Source: Entomortierella parvispora E1425 (lineage: Eukaryota > Fungi > Mortierellomycota). Taken from it: a stretch of DNA of 64,000 bases. The stretch lies in contig BQFW01000005.1 of the NCBI GenBank assembly GCA_020891255.1, positions 682,001 through 746,000 on the forward strand, given 5' to 3'. The position numbers were made by a program, and so were the translations under genes. Positions 1-12,508 of the stretch are shown one piece after another. Each line of letters starts with the position of its first letter. Within the stretch, counting starts at the first letter, position 1. The notes beneath the pieces are model-generated. The model was not told the origin of the DNA. It did not search any database and saw nothing but the letters and a program-made list of their open reading frames with translations.

Positions 1-2513
1 CACTTACTTTGAAGAGTCTGGGCTCACAAGGAATCCCTCACTAAGAGGCACAAACATATCATTTACGTCCGACACAACCATCATTTGCGCTTGATCCAAG
101 CTTGGCTAGAAAACAAAGGTAAAAAAAAGTTGACTAAAAACATTCAAATGATATTCTTGAGCCCATTTTCTTTTGTAGATTAATCCTTACGTGGAGGTTG
201 TAGAAATGAACGTGCTTGTCATAGGTCATGATACCGATCTGGGCTCCAGGAACCAAACGCGATGCGCCATTGTCATCCCAAATGGCGCTCTTGATGGCCT
301 GCACGCACTGGCTCAGCATGCCGCTCTGGATCGCGTTCCAAGACACGTCAATCGCGAAAACGTAGGCAGCAGGGGCGGGAGTCTTGTTCCAGTATTCCTT
401 TGGAACTGCAAACTCAATAGTTCCGTTCCTGAGCTCTGGTCTTTGCTCCAAGTCCAAACGACGACCGTTCATGTCCAAGTTGCAGAAATAGCCGGGCTCG
501 ATCTCGTTCTCGAAAAGACACATGTTGCAGACAAAGCGCTGTCCACCATTCGTAAAGATCATATAGGGGTTGATGTATGCTTTGCATCGACGGCATCGGG
601 CTGGACCAGCGTCGCCAAAATCGACAGTCTCGACAGGAGCCTGTTTTTAAAATATAAAAAAAGCAGTGTTATGATCAAGATCAAGGTAACACTTGAGCAA
701 ACTCACCAGATATGTGGCGGAACTATACCTCTTCTGGACGAAGCTTCGCCAGTGGCTGAATAACAAGTCCCATGGGCATTTGAGCAGTGCTCAAAAGATC
801 CTCCGTGTTAGGAACGTTGTAAGTGGTCATCCTGAAGAAACGGGGATTACAGTTGCCTGTATTGACGATGGTATTACAAAAGAACAATAGTTAAGATCAC
901 GTTGGATCCCATACAACTTTTTTGTTTGCATCAGGTCAACATTACCTCCATCGACTGCAATAAAGTCTGAGCTTGCCAAGGGTGTAGCGTGTGTCCTGGA
1001 CGAGGTCACAAAAGGGGTGTCTTCCCACTCTTGCTGGTCAGCCTCCTGCACTGCCACAGGCGATGGGATCTGGTCAGGGTCTATCCTTGACTTTGAGCCG
1101 GGCTGAACTGGTGCCTGAGGTCTGAACTGCTGCTGGGGTTGTTGATGTGGCTGCTGCTGCTGCTGTTGCTGTTGCTGGTGCTGAGGGTACACAGGTGGAA
1201 CCATGGGCTGCTGAGGTTGAGGCTGATGCTGTTGTTGTTGGTATGGAGGAGGAGGAGCCATAGGTTGCTGCTGCTGATGTGGCTGAGGATATCCATTGTT
1301 TGCAACAGGGGCAGGCTGTCCAAAGTTCTGAGATCCGTAGGGCTGCTGCTGTTGCTGCTGCACTGGAGTTTGAGCATCAAATGTGTTCATTCCTGGCAGA
1401 GGAGGCATCATGCCAGCCTGTCCTTGCGAAGGTGGGGGTGCGGATGGGTCAGCGGCGAACACTCGCTTAGCCCTTGCTCCTGTCTTGGCCTTGAACTACA
1501 ATATCATGGGATTGCCCTTTGGTTAGAATCGGGCAGCTAGATCCAACGATATGTCCATCAAGATATTCCATACAATTAATTATCCTCAACATACCTCGGT
1601 TTGCACTGGTGGTCCAGCAGGTGGCATGGCAGAGAAAGTGTTGGGCTGCTGATCTAATCCTCCGTTGGATCCAACATTCATGTTGGACATTTGGTTATAC
1701 AGGCCATTCATATCTCCGCCGTTCTGATGACCTTGTGCCGAAGAAAGGGGTGATGCTGGCTGGGGGGCCTGCTGCTGAAGTGGCTGCTGTTGGTGCTGTT
1801 GGTGCTGTTGGTGCTGCTGCTGCTGATGGTGTGGCTGTGGCTGTGGCTGTGATGAAGGAGGAGCATTATGTCCAAGGGGTGTTGCGGCACGCTGGTAGGA
1901 AGGCTGCTGGTGTCCGGATGGTTGCCCAGGGGCCGATCCAGGAGCTCCCATAGGCGAAGGAGCCTGGTTGACGTTGACAGGGCGAGGAGAAGGAGCATGC
2001 GACATTCCAGGCTGTTGACCCGGCAGTGGGGACGCCGTCCTGATCTGCTGGTTCGAGGGCATAGGGGGGCGAGGGCCCATTGGAGGTCTTGCCGCTGAAG
2101 GCGAGCCTGGGTTGGGGCGAGGTCCTCCTGGCTGCTGATGGGCGCCGTTGACGGGGGGTCGCGCTAGAGAAAAAGGAAATGTGAGTCCGAGATCCATCGA
2201 AATTACTCAGCTCAGCCTTTGGCTGATGTCTAGGTCCTGGTACATAATAAAACGGAAACTGATTTCGGGTACCTGGCTGCTGCTGCATGGGTGGCCGCAT
2301 TCCTGGCTGCATGGGGCGGACAGCAGGGTTGCCCTGCACAGGTGCTCCTGGGCGGACATTGGTGAAGGGGGCCCCTGGAGGCCTCTGCTGCTGGTGGTGT
2401 GGCTGTGGCTGCTGCTGTCCGTTAGGAGGAGCGAACTGGCCCTGACCCGGCTGGCCTGGGCCAGCGTAATAGGGACGGGGCTGCTGCTGCTGTTGCGGAG
2501 GGGCAAAAGACAT
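1..2513 (-). CDS. SEC24: COPII cargo adaptor Sec24 (SEC24C/D, Lst1/Sfb3-like); multi-exon, 3' end outside the window
   Basis: Pro/Gln-rich N-terminus from ATG 2513, then IDPDQIPSP, a zinc-finger CNMC, PAPAAYVFAIDVSWNAIQSG and IGIMTYDKHVHFYNL. The exon at ~8-105 reads LDQAQMMVVSDVNDMFVPLSEGFLV. GT-AG introns lie between these blocks. Confidence 0.93.
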
Positions 2514-3247
2514 TGGTGTGTCTATCTGATGCGGATGAGGTTGGAGAACAAACAACGGTTAGAGGATGGATGCAAGGCACTCAGTCGCAAAGGGGAGCAA
2601 AAGCAGGCAGGCCGAGGAGTCAATGTGATGGATGGATGGATGGATGGATGTGCACACTCCAAGAGAACATTCTCCCCGAGTCGAGTCCAGTGCAGTGCAG
2701 TCGAGTCCGCGATGGTTGGCAAGGTACCTTTTGAAAGATGGGCGATGGATGGAAAGGAGAGGATGTGGTTGAGAGTGCCCCGCAAACGAGTCCGTGTCTC
2801 TAGTCAGTCGGTCTACGTGTGTGCGTGTCGAGGGGCGGGATGCAAAGAGGGCGGGCGAGAGAAGGGAGAAGGAGAAGGAGAAGGAGGCGAAACAAACGAA
2901 GATGATGCCAGGATGCGATGTGATGGATGGACGTGTCAGCCAACGAGCGAGCGAGGTGTGGAGGACAATTAAGGGGCCACGTCGACATACATCCCGTCCT
3001 TGCGGCGTGCAGTCCCCGCTCCTTTTGACCTAGCTCAGCTGCTCAGCTCTTATTCTCTCATCAATCACCGCGAAGACATTGCCACCAGGAGCAGCAAGGA
3101 CTCATATACACGGCAACAATACCAATAGCAGTGGCAGCAAACAGAGACAACGTCAAATATAGCAACAATGTAGGCATATCCATGGATGAATGGCATCGCG
3201 GAAACTAGACAGAAATCGATCCTAATTCATTCCTCCTACACATTCCA

Positions 3248-3916
3248 ATGAATAGGGTCGCAAGAGGAAAACAGGGAGGAAGAGGTCGGTTCGGTCGCAA
3301 AAGCAAGGATGAGGACGACGACGCCACAGGAGCGTCCTCCATGGCATCATCAATGACTGCATCTCCTACCAGCTCCAGTAACGGCCAAACAGATAATTCA
3401 CCACCTATTGGAGTGATCAACATGGCCCATACCAACAAACCCTTCAAAAAGCCAGGCTATACGCCAAAAAAGACAAGAAATCTCAAACAGATCATCACCC
3501 TCGAGAAGGCCAAGGAGTGGAAGACGAGTACACCGACCTGTAAGAGATATGCCTTTGACATGTTTATTCTTGAAAAAAAAATGGATAGGACCACTGATCC
3601 AACCAACCCTCCGTTTCCTTCACAAACTAGACTGGAATATTGAAGCACTTCCATCAATGACTCCTCAGAAGAAATACTGCGATATCACAGGACTAGAGGT
3701 AAGAGAAACACCGATGCTTCATACCTAATGACCTATGCGAGATACAAAGAACTAACATTTCGCTGCACTGGGTCTATAACACAGGCAAAATACACAGACC
3801 CCAAGACTCGCTTGCGATACCATTCAACAGAGATTTACCAGTCCATCAAGAGCCAGCCTATTGGAGTAGTACAACAATTCCTTGGCCTTCGCAACGCCGC
3901 CGTTGTTCTTAAATAA
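3248..3916 (+). CDS. IES6: INO80 complex subunit Ies6/INO80C (YL1_C domain), 3 exons
   Basis: Spliced reading KTRNLKQIITLE...TPTY|WNIEALPSMTPQKKYCDITGLE|AKYTDPKTRLRYH...FLGLRNAAVVLK; donors gtaaga at ~3541 and ~3700. Confidence 0.92.
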
Positions 3917-4318
3917 ACAATTTGTAATATTCTTTCCCAATGGTCTTACCTCAGTTGTGCTCTTGGTCGGAACGTTCTACGGAGTGCCTACTACGTAGTG
4001 TTTGCGAGAATACGGTCCGCGTAAATATGGCTATTAGGTCATATTGGCCGTTTTGATCGCTTGACCTTAGGAGACGATCGACCAAGTAACGTATCTGTTG
4101 TATCTGTGGATCGTCATGGACCGGACAACAATATTTTAAGCCTAGGTCTGGTTCGATGCTCCTCAATGAAACACATCTGTATAGTCGGCCTTGCCACTGA
4201 CAACCAATTGAGGATGTGGCACACCCATGAATCTCATAGGATGTTCTACTTATGATCGCGGCATCGGCATTCTGGTATTATTTTTTTTTTCTCGTATAAT
4301 TTTATTTCTTCCAAGGAC

Positions 4319-5686
4319 CTAATGCAGAGCAATTGGGACGGGCTTTTCTGTCACCCAGACAATCGCCCATCGGAACTGCCACCTCGCAAACGTGCGGGAG
4401 ATATGCAGTAAGGTCGGCAACAGACAAAACATGAACGGTATCGTCAGAGCACCAAACACGACCAAGATGCAAAACACCGGAATCGCAAACAAGACCTTCC
4501 AGATCAAGAAATAGGATAAACTCTTGAGTGTATGACCGCTTCGGATCGTCTCTCCTAGATGATTCGAACCCTTGTCCCACACGTTCTTGGACCGTCTTCT
4601 TGGAGGACTATGTCGACCGCCACTACCAGACGAGCCTGGTGGGGATGTTGCCTCCGTATCCGAGTGCAGGGAGACAAAGACGCTTGCGGTCCTGTACGGG
4701 TGCTTATTCCGAACAGAGTGCGGTACCAACATTTTGGAAATCTCCAGATCCGCACGGGCCAAGGCACGCCAGGAGGTAACGGCCGCGACCACAAACACAT
4801 AACCGACTGGAGGGACGATCATGGTGATCAGAGCAATGATCATGGAGAGCAAGGTCCAGACAAAACAAAACAAGCTCCAGGGCAGCAGGATCACTATCAT
4901 GTATGTCAGGGACATCCAGGCTTTACCCTCGCCCACCACGCTCCAGTGTGATTCTGGTTCGTCATCCTCGTCATCCAGGTCGGGATGGTGAGCGTTTTGA
5001 CCGCGTGGGTCGTTAGGCTGGGATGCAGCGGAAGAAGGTCCCAAGAGTCGATCAACGTCCCTCGCATAGGCTGCATCGTCTTGTTGATGTCCTGGGGCTG
5101 CGGTCTGGTTCTGCAGCAAGTGGGGGGCTGAAGGTTGAGCGAGAACTGCCAAGTGTGGGCTCTGTGACACAGCTCCATAGGATCGACTTGCACTGCTGCC
5201 ACCAGCCCCACTTCCACCGCCACTGCCCCCGCCAGACTGGTAATGTTCTGCAGGAGTCGAGTCGAGGGGTATCCTTGTCTTGATATCCACGCCCCGTTGT
5301 CCAGCAGGTCCTCGCAGATGGTCGTAATTGTCATGGATCTGAGGGATATTTCTAATGATAGTGGCCTCATACGAGGGAGGCAGGTCATCGAAGGAAGCGT
5401 CTGCAGGGGCGGGTTTTGCTCGGGTCTTCCCGTTTGAGGCGGATGCGGTTGCTGCGGGAGTGGTTGCTGAAGAAGAGGGTGCAGAAGGTTGGGCCAGATG
5501 GAGGACTGGGGCCGAGGGTATATGTTGAGGGTTGCCCCGATATTGCGCATCACTGGTATCGGTCACAGAGGGAGACGCCAAGGAAGTGGACGGAGGATCG
5601 AGCTCAGTTGGCCTTGACCAGGCTGGGTTGGAGGGCACGCCCTGCCAATGCTGGCCGTTGTCGAAGGGATCGGATGGCGACGACAT
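4319..5686 (-). CDS. Membrane protein with disordered N-terminus, PPSY motif and a C-terminal hydrophobic region resembling the 'putative sensor' domain
   Basis: Single 455-aa ORF containing DDLPPSYEA. Two hydrophobic blocks: GKAWMSLTYMIVILLPWSLFCFVW...WRALARADL and LSYFLIWKVLFAIPVF...ARWQ. The domain name is from recall, not a search. Confidence 0.7.
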   Translation of the reverse strand: MSSPSDPFDNGQHWQGVPSNPAWSRPTELDPPSTSLASPSVTDTSDAQYRGNPQHIPSAPVLHLAQPSAPSSSATTPAATASASNGKTRAKPAPADASFDDLPPSYEATIIRNIPQIHDNYDHLRGPAGQRGVDIKTRIPLDSTPAEHYQSGGGSGGGSGAGGSSASRSYGAVSQSPHLAVLAQPSAPHLLQNQTAAPGHQQDDAAYARDVDRLLGPSSAASQPNDPRGQNAHHPDLDDEDDEPESHWSVVGEGKAWMSLTYMIVILLPWSLFCFVWTLLSMIIALITMIVPPVGYVFVVAAVTSWRALARADLEISKMLVPHSVRNKHPYRTASVFVSLHSDTEATSPPGSSGSGGRHSPPRRRSKNVWDKGSNHLGETIRSGHTLKSLSYFLIWKVLFAIPVFCILVVFGALTIPFMFCLLPTLLHISRTFARWQFRWAIVWVTEKPVPIALH

Positions 5687-6022
5687 GGAATGACTCGGGG
5701 GGGCTGGCTGTACCTTGAATGCAGGCTGACTAGGTACTACAGCGTGCGCCTTCTCGGTTGGGATGAGGAATGACGATTGCGATGTGGGGGAAAGAAGGAG
5801 GACACAAAGAAGAGAAGAACAAAAAAAAAAAAAAAAAAAATCGCGGCGCGGCGCTTTTCACACCGATACCAAAATCGCTTGGCACTTCCTCCCTTAATGG
5901 AGACTGTATTGGGCTCAGGGATGATTGCCAATTGAGGAGAACAATGCCATTTGCATGTCTTTTTCTCTCTTTCTCGATTTCATTCATCCTCTTTCTCTCT
6001 ACTCTTCTCTACTCTACTCTGT

Positions 6023-8623
6023 CTACTGTCCTTCTACCCGCAGACTGGTCAAATGTAACCATTCGAGTCGCTCCAGCTTCTTTGTCACGACCCGCACCAG
6101 TGCCAGGTCCACAACGTCCAGTCTCAGCTCCAGTCGTTCCATCGCCTTCATCTGCTCGACCGCCAGCAGGATCCCACCAATGGTCGTGCCCACAGTCTCG
6201 AGCAGCGTCAGCTCCTGCAGTCGTGTACAGCAGTCTGCTATTTGCCTCAGCGCATGATCCGGGATGTGCCAGTCCCCTGAAAGATGGAGGAGACGCAACC
6301 GCCGCAGCTTGGCAATTTGATGCATTTCGCGAGACCGAATATAGAACAAGAGATTCGACCCCGGATCCTGGAATCGAAGAGACGATGCCGCACTGCCTTG
6401 ACCGCTGCTCTGCCCGCTGTTGTTGCCCTCACTGCTAGAACCGCCAAGAGGACCTTGTGAAAACATAGTTGCTAACGGTGAGGTTGTCGATGGAAACGTG
6501 CAGCTCGAATCCATTGCGGCTGAGGCGGCCATCAACTGACTACTTGGCGAGGACGATGAAAAGATGGAAAGCCACAGCTCCACGATCGCCGGACAGTCGG
6601 CCAGTGAATCCAGACTGAAGTGTAAACTAATTTCGCCTACTAGCTTAAGTCGCGTTAACCTCCTCATTGTCCACTGAAAGTCGAGCGTGGTTGGCTGCCA
6701 GATCTTCAGTCGAGAATGGACCTCTAGATCCTCGAGGGTATCCTGGAATGCGAACGCCGCGTCCTGAACACAGTCCACCAGATCCAAAGTCGGTCCTTGG
6801 AGATGAATACGTCTCATATTTGGTAGACGCTTAGTTCTGGGCCCTGCCAAGATCGGTGCACAGATCTGTGCTGTCTTCTTTTCAAGTGCTGCCCATCGGA
6901 ATACATCTGCTCTGCGGATGGGGACTCGAAGCTGCTGGAGCTGTCGACAACGTTCCAGAGACTCTGCCAGTCGCGCTGCTGGAGAATCCGCTGATTCTGA
7001 GGCGGGGAAATGGAAAGAAAGCCAGAGGGATTGCAATCGGGCCAGTGGCAAGCGATTAACATAGAGAATACAGCTAGGCCATGCCGTGGCATCGAATTGC
7101 TCTAGGTCCTTGATCGCGTCCAATATGGAAAGAATGTGGTCGTGCATCGCCAATGGTCGGGTATAGGCCGCAAAGGGTGTTGGCATGGCATTGGAGACGA
7201 CCATGTTGGGCGTGGACTTTGACCCAGAAATGTTGCTGTTCCCCCCACCATTTCCGGCGGAGATAGCAACTGCGGCTGTTGTTACAGTTCCAGAATTGGC
7301 CGTTATCACAAAGGGCGAGGTAAGAGAGAGCGGTGCTTTCGTTGTGGCATTCGTTTCTGACCCTGGTAGAACTCCTTTAGACTCTGCCAGTGTGATTCCT
7401 TTCAAGATAGGTCCAAACAACAGGCGATGGGATTGTATAAAGTCGAGGATCATATCCACGCGAAAGTCCTGGTCCAGATCCCTCAGCTCGAGCCGAGTCA
7501 CCTTGGAGAGATTGGCAACTGATTTCGTGGCGTGTTCTACTGTGTTTGGGGCTGAAAGAGAGAGTGTCTCGATTTGAGCTCCTGCCCTGGTGATAAACGC
7601 CTTTTGGATCTGATACAGGACCTTGTACGCTTCATTGTCTGGAGGGGGGAATGGGTATATTGGCTGGCCATCGGCATCCGTATTTGGACATCGGATGAGG
7701 TCTGCAAAGAGCAGGGCGAAGCATTGGATTACAATGTGAATCCCCCGATGATCCACAAAGTATTGCAAGTAATCGACTTTGCAAGGAGGCCGGACCCAAT
7801 GCTGACCATACCCTGGATACCGTAGTGCAGGCAGCCGAGTTTGAAGCTTATCCACACAGGCGATTAAAAGTTGTAGAAGACGAGCCATCCTTGAAAGCTT
7901 CAATTGCTCTATTGCCACATTGATAACTGGAGTGTTGGCTGAACTAACATTGGTCCATGAGGCTGTAGAAGGTGTGATGGCGCTATTGTAATGGTGACTG
8001 ACGACGGAGGAGGACGTTGCTGTGCTAGAATAAGAATTGTGGCCGCCAGGATATGCCGAGGAAGAGACGCTCCGGTGCAATGTTGGGTGGACAACAGGTG
8101 GCGGCCGTCCTTGGCTTTTACTAAGAGAGGATCGGTGTCGATGAAGGTGCTTCTTGGCTGTGGCGCCAATGGTGGTGGCTATACTTCCTGTGGTGGTGGC
8201 GCTGGTCCGGTCCGAGCAAGAGGAGGTGAGGGAAGCAGTCGAAGAGGTGGACACGGATGAGGATGAGAGCATGTTCTTAGTCTGGACTGTGTGGGCGTAA
8301 TCTGTGGAGATGTGATTATGGGGGTGGGGGTCGGGGTGGGGGTTGTGTGTACGAACATAAGTAAAAGTGACCACGCGTTGTGGTGGTGCTTGTGTCTGCT
8401 GTTGGCGCTGCTGCTGCTTGGACTCGGGTTCTTGAAGGGGAAGACGCTGCCGTGAGAGCCAGCCATTGTACGCCAGAATGGCTCGGAAAGGGGAACGATA
8501 CAGGGTCGGAACGGTGTTGTCAAAGAGCGCGCGACAGGTCAAAAGAAGGCTGTGCTGGTCAGGGAGATCCAGATAAGAAAGGACGTGCCGCAGACACTCC
8601 TGTGGGATCTGGGCCAAGGACAT
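6023..8623 (-). CDS. F-box/LRR (RNI-like) protein, 866 aa, intronless
   Basis: N-terminal F-box pattern IPQECLRHVLSYLDLPDQHSLLLTCRALF; C-terminal LxxLxL repeats; Ser/Thr-rich insertions. Confidence 0.85.
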   Translation of the reverse strand: MSLAQIPQECLRHVLSYLDLPDQHSLLLTCRALFDNTVPTLYRSPFRAILAYNGWLSRQRLPLQEPESKQQQRQQQTQAPPQRVVTFTYVRTHNPHPDPHPHNHISTDYAHTVQTKNMLSSSSVSTSSTASLTSSCSDRTSATTTGSIATTIGATAKKHLHRHRSSLSKSQGRPPPVVHPTLHRSVSSSAYPGGHNSYSSTATSSSVVSHHYNSAITPSTASWTNVSSANTPVINVAIEQLKLSRMARLLQLLIACVDKLQTRLPALRYPGYGQHWVRPPCKVDYLQYFVDHRGIHIVIQCFALLFADLIRCPNTDADGQPIYPFPPPDNEAYKVLYQIQKAFITRAGAQIETLSLSAPNTVEHATKSVANLSKVTRLELRDLDQDFRVDMILDFIQSHRLLFGPILKGITLAESKGVLPGSETNATTKAPLSLTSPFVITANSGTVTTAAVAISAGNGGGNSNISGSKSTPNMVVSNAMPTPFAAYTRPLAMHDHILSILDAIKDLEQFDATAWPSCILYVNRLPLARLQSLWLSFHFPASESADSPAARLAESLERCRQLQQLRVPIRRADVFRWAALEKKTAQICAPILAGPRTKRLPNMRRIHLQGPTLDLVDCVQDAAFAFQDTLEDLEVHSRLKIWQPTTLDFQWTMRRLTRLKLVGEISLHFSLDSLADCPAIVELWLSIFSSSSPSSQLMAASAAMDSSCTFPSTTSPLATMFSQGPLGGSSSEGNNSGQSSGQGSAASSLRFQDPGSNLLFYIRSREMHQIAKLRRLRLLHLSGDWHIPDHALRQIADCCTRLQELTLLETVGTTIGGILLAVEQMKAMERLELRLDVVDLALVRVVTKKLERLEWLHLTSLRVEGQ

Positions 8624-10120
8624 TGTGAGAATGCACTTTGATGAATGTCAATAGCAAGAAGAAAAGGAGAAATGGAGAATGTGGGGGATGGGGGAGCGGG
8701 GTAATGCAACAGGCGGAGGAAAGGAACGGGAAGGAAGGGACTGAGAGTCTTTTTTTTTTTTTCCTCCTTGTGGAAACAAAGAGTTTTATGAAGAGGATGA
8801 CGGATGATAATCAGGGGGGAGAACGAGACTTTAGGGGGAGGAGACATCCGATGTCTGCTCTGTTTGTTCGCTTTCACCTCTCCTCTCTCTCGCACGCGCG
8901 TCCTCTCCTCCCTCTCTGGGAGACTGGGCGCATGCGCCAGGCGTGTCTAACCTTCTTCCCCAACGCACCCAACCCTTGTCTTGGGTGCACGACCCGATCG
9001 TGATCCCACCTTCCTCCCCTCATCTCCCCTTTCTTCAGCTTTAAAATTTACCCATTTCGCTCCCACACCCACACCTCTGTCGCTATCACTTGCGCTCCTC
9101 CTTGCATTCCACCCACAAAAAAAAGAAAAAGTTGAGAATCTCGTACACCTGTGCAACATTGGGGTGCGGCAAAGATGGAACAGGATGAGTAAGTCAAGAT
9201 GCTTCCACCTGTCCCCCGGTTCTTCCGCTCTTTACTGACTTGACGGTTGCACATTGTGTTATCTTTGGCATTCCACACGCTCACGCGAAACGCCGATTTC
9301 AACTGCACAACCCCTCCCTCCCTCTCCCCCTCCCTTTTCTTTTCAGTCATTCATCTCATTCTCTCCCCTGTAGCTGTTTTAACTCTGGAGGGTGTGCACG
9401 CTGGAACCCTTTTTTTTTGTGGTTTTGGGATCATCTTGAGAGAGTTTTTTTTTTGGGAAAGGCATGTGCGCAGGGTTCAAAATCACATTAAACAAAACGG
9501 GGATTTCCACGCACGTTGCGTTTCGCCACACACTTGCTTGTTTTGCCCTTTCCCCCACTCCACAGAGACAAACGCACACAGACCTCTCTCCAATTGTGTT
9601 TCCCAACTCAAAAAATTAACCTGGAAAGTCGTTTTTTTTTTTTTGTTTTTTTTTTTTTTGTTTTTTTTTTTTTTGACAGCGTCTACCATCGTCTTTCACT
9701 TTAAACCAAGGCAGGGTCGGATAAATGATTTCTCAATAGAGATCAGGACAGAGGCATAGAAAACGAAGCAAAACAGATAACGACTTTTTTTCATTTGGTG
9801 TGTGACTTTAAGAAGCGTGGATGAGCAGAACTCGGGGCTGAGGGGAAGATAGGCCTTCCAGCCGAGACTGAAATGAAAATCCTGTATTCACTTTCTCAAC
9901 TTCTTGTTTGCACCCTCAAAAACTTTCGGCGTACTCTCGTTTTGACGTCTGTTTCCACGCATCGGGTTCAGTGTTTTTGGGGCGTTTTATTTTTTTTGCT
10001 TGGCTACAGAGTTAATCGATTAGGTGCATGCTACAAGGGTTTCAAGAGTAGGGAGGATCAGGGGTACCAGAAAGATGCTATTCAATCTAAACCTGGAGAT
10101 ATCTCTTTGGTCTTTGCTGT

Positions 10121-12508
10121 TTAGATGTCCTCCACAATCTTGATTGGAGGCACGTCCTCATAACAGATCTTGTAGATAACTGTCATTAATGGGAATTCAT
10201 GGCAGAGTCCCTTCTTGGAGAGAATGTTGTACATATCCTTGGCAGTGGAAGTGCCCTGCAACTTTTGTCCATTCAACATCTCTTGCTCCAACACATCAAA
10301 CGACTTTCCAGTTGTCACATGAGCCTCGGCCACTTTGCGGTTGCGACCGCCAGCGCAGGTCGTGATCAAATCAGCAACACCGCACGACTCAAAGAACGTC
10401 TCATCCTTAACATCCTTGTAAAACATTTGTGAAAACTTGCGCATTTCGTACAATCCAATGCGAATGATGGCGGCTTTTGTGTTGTCGCCAAGTCTAATAG
10501 AGAGTCAGAATCAAAGAGTTCAAAGAGTCGAGCAGTTAGTTAGATAAGCTTCAAGAGATCTTGACAATAAAAAAAGCAAACCATGAAGTGGAAGAGGGTA
10601 AGGAGAAAATTCTTACTTGAGTCCATCCACAAGCCCTCCTCCGATGGCAATAATGTTTTTGAGGGCTCCGCACAATTCCACGCCAACAACATCCTCGACA
10701 ATGTTGACACGGAAGAAAGGGGTATGAAAGATATCCCGGAACAACTCTCCGTCGGCCTTGTTTCTATAACCAATCGTAGTCTCACAGAACCTCTCTTCAG
10801 CAACCTCGTTTGCAATGTTGGCTCCACTCAGTACACAGGAGCGAACCCCAAGAGCGTCCTGGATCATGTCTGTGATCAATCGGAAGCCATCTTCGTTGAC
10901 ATCAATACCCTTGATAAGCGAAATGGCTTTGCAGTTCTTTGGGATCTTTCCTTTCAGCTGCTTGCAGACACCTGCGACAAACTAGACAGTAGCGTAGCAA
11001 TAAACGTTAGTCAACAAATCCAAAAAAAAAAAATCTATTCATCTTGGTGTGGGTGAACCCCATGGGCCGCCGTCGTGCTCCAGTAACCATAAAGCGCCTG
11101 CTTCTCGTTCCATTTAGCATGTGCATGCTATGGTGTGCAAAAGGTCTGAAACAACTTCCATTCCAGACGTGCATGTGAAAACTCAAGCGAGAACAATGTT
11201 GGTAGTGCAATTCTGAAGAGTGTCAGATCTCCAGCCTGGATATCCTCATTTTTATCTCCGGTAACAGGTCGTTACACCAGATAGATCATCCACACTCTGA
11301 TGCACCCACAAACAGCAGACAATCACAGCGCCTTCCAGAGTTTTAGTTCGGAGTTTTACCTGATGAGGAACGACAAAGACGAGCATGGTGGCATCTTCAC
11401 AAGTCTTGATGAGATCTGGGCATGCTACAATATTCTCGGGAAGCGCGATTCCGGGCAAGTATCTAATGAAAGACGGATGAACATGTCAACATGTTAGACA
11501 ATTGACTTTACTCTGGAGAAGATCGTCGAGGTGCAGTAGGATTCTCGTCCCGGATCTCATTTCCTTCTCTAGATTTCGCAACTGACAAATCTGGCTTGGC
11601 TCTGTGCCACCACCCAAAGTAAATCCATTGCGCCCAAATATCAACGATATCCTTTTACCATATCAATCATTGGAAACCCATCGTCCGAAGGCTGATATCG
11701 AATATGTTTTGTTTTTTGCCCCAGCATGTCTGGTTGTGCCGATGCGTCCGACAGAGAGATAAGGCCAAAGTCCGCCAACCGACTTCTGGTTGCTGTGCAG
11801 GGACATCCCGCAAGGTTCGTTTCGCATATCCACTTTTTTTTCTTTGTCCAGCTCCACTTTGCATTGTGCTGCTCAGAAGACCCTGCAAAGATAGTTTTTT
11901 TACCCCACCAAAAAAATTATGTTGGAAGGATAGAGAGCGAAAGCGAAAGCAAACAACCAACCAACCCCACAACCTTCTTTTCTGAGCAAGAAGGACACGT
12001 CCAACAACGCGCACACATATTCACACGACCCTGCTCTTGCTTCCTTGAGCAGATCGGTGCATCCCATCCACACGTAACTTACCTGACGTTTTCGTGCTTG
12101 GTATTAATGATGTCGGTCAGGTTCTGTCCGTCGACCTTTTCCTCAAAGACCCACATCTTGACCTCCCTGTTGAAATGATCAAAGTGTTGGACATTGCGGC
12201 CAATAGTCTTTGCTACGGCCGAACCCCTGTTGGATAGTGAAGAGGATAGATGAGGGAGCGTTAGTTCATTGCCGAGGGAAAGCTGCATTTCGCTCCATGT
12301 TCAAACCAGATGCCACGGGAAAGAGAAAGTCTGTCCTCCTCCACTCCGTGCATATTATTCCCTCTGCTTTTTATGAGCAGAGAGCAGACCGCCGGCCATG
12401 GCCAGCGGTCCGGTAGTCCTTGTTACGGAGACTCGGTCGTTGAGTAGAGCAGGTGCAGATTAGGCATTACCAGTTTCCGGATCCGATGATGGCGACTTTT
12501 TCGGTCAT
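10121..12508 (-). CDS. GPD1: NAD-dependent glycerol-3-phosphate dehydrogenase, 5 exons
   Basis: Exon 1 is [13 protein letters not shown] (Rossmann GxGxxG). Later exons: [53 protein letters not shown] and [21 protein letters not shown]. Confidence 0.96.

Noticed and set aside
11462-12081. Intronic snoRNA in the unusually long GPD1 introns
   Set aside because: No clear box C (RTGATGA)/box D pair or H/ACA hairpin was found by eye. An Infernal/snoscan run would be needed.
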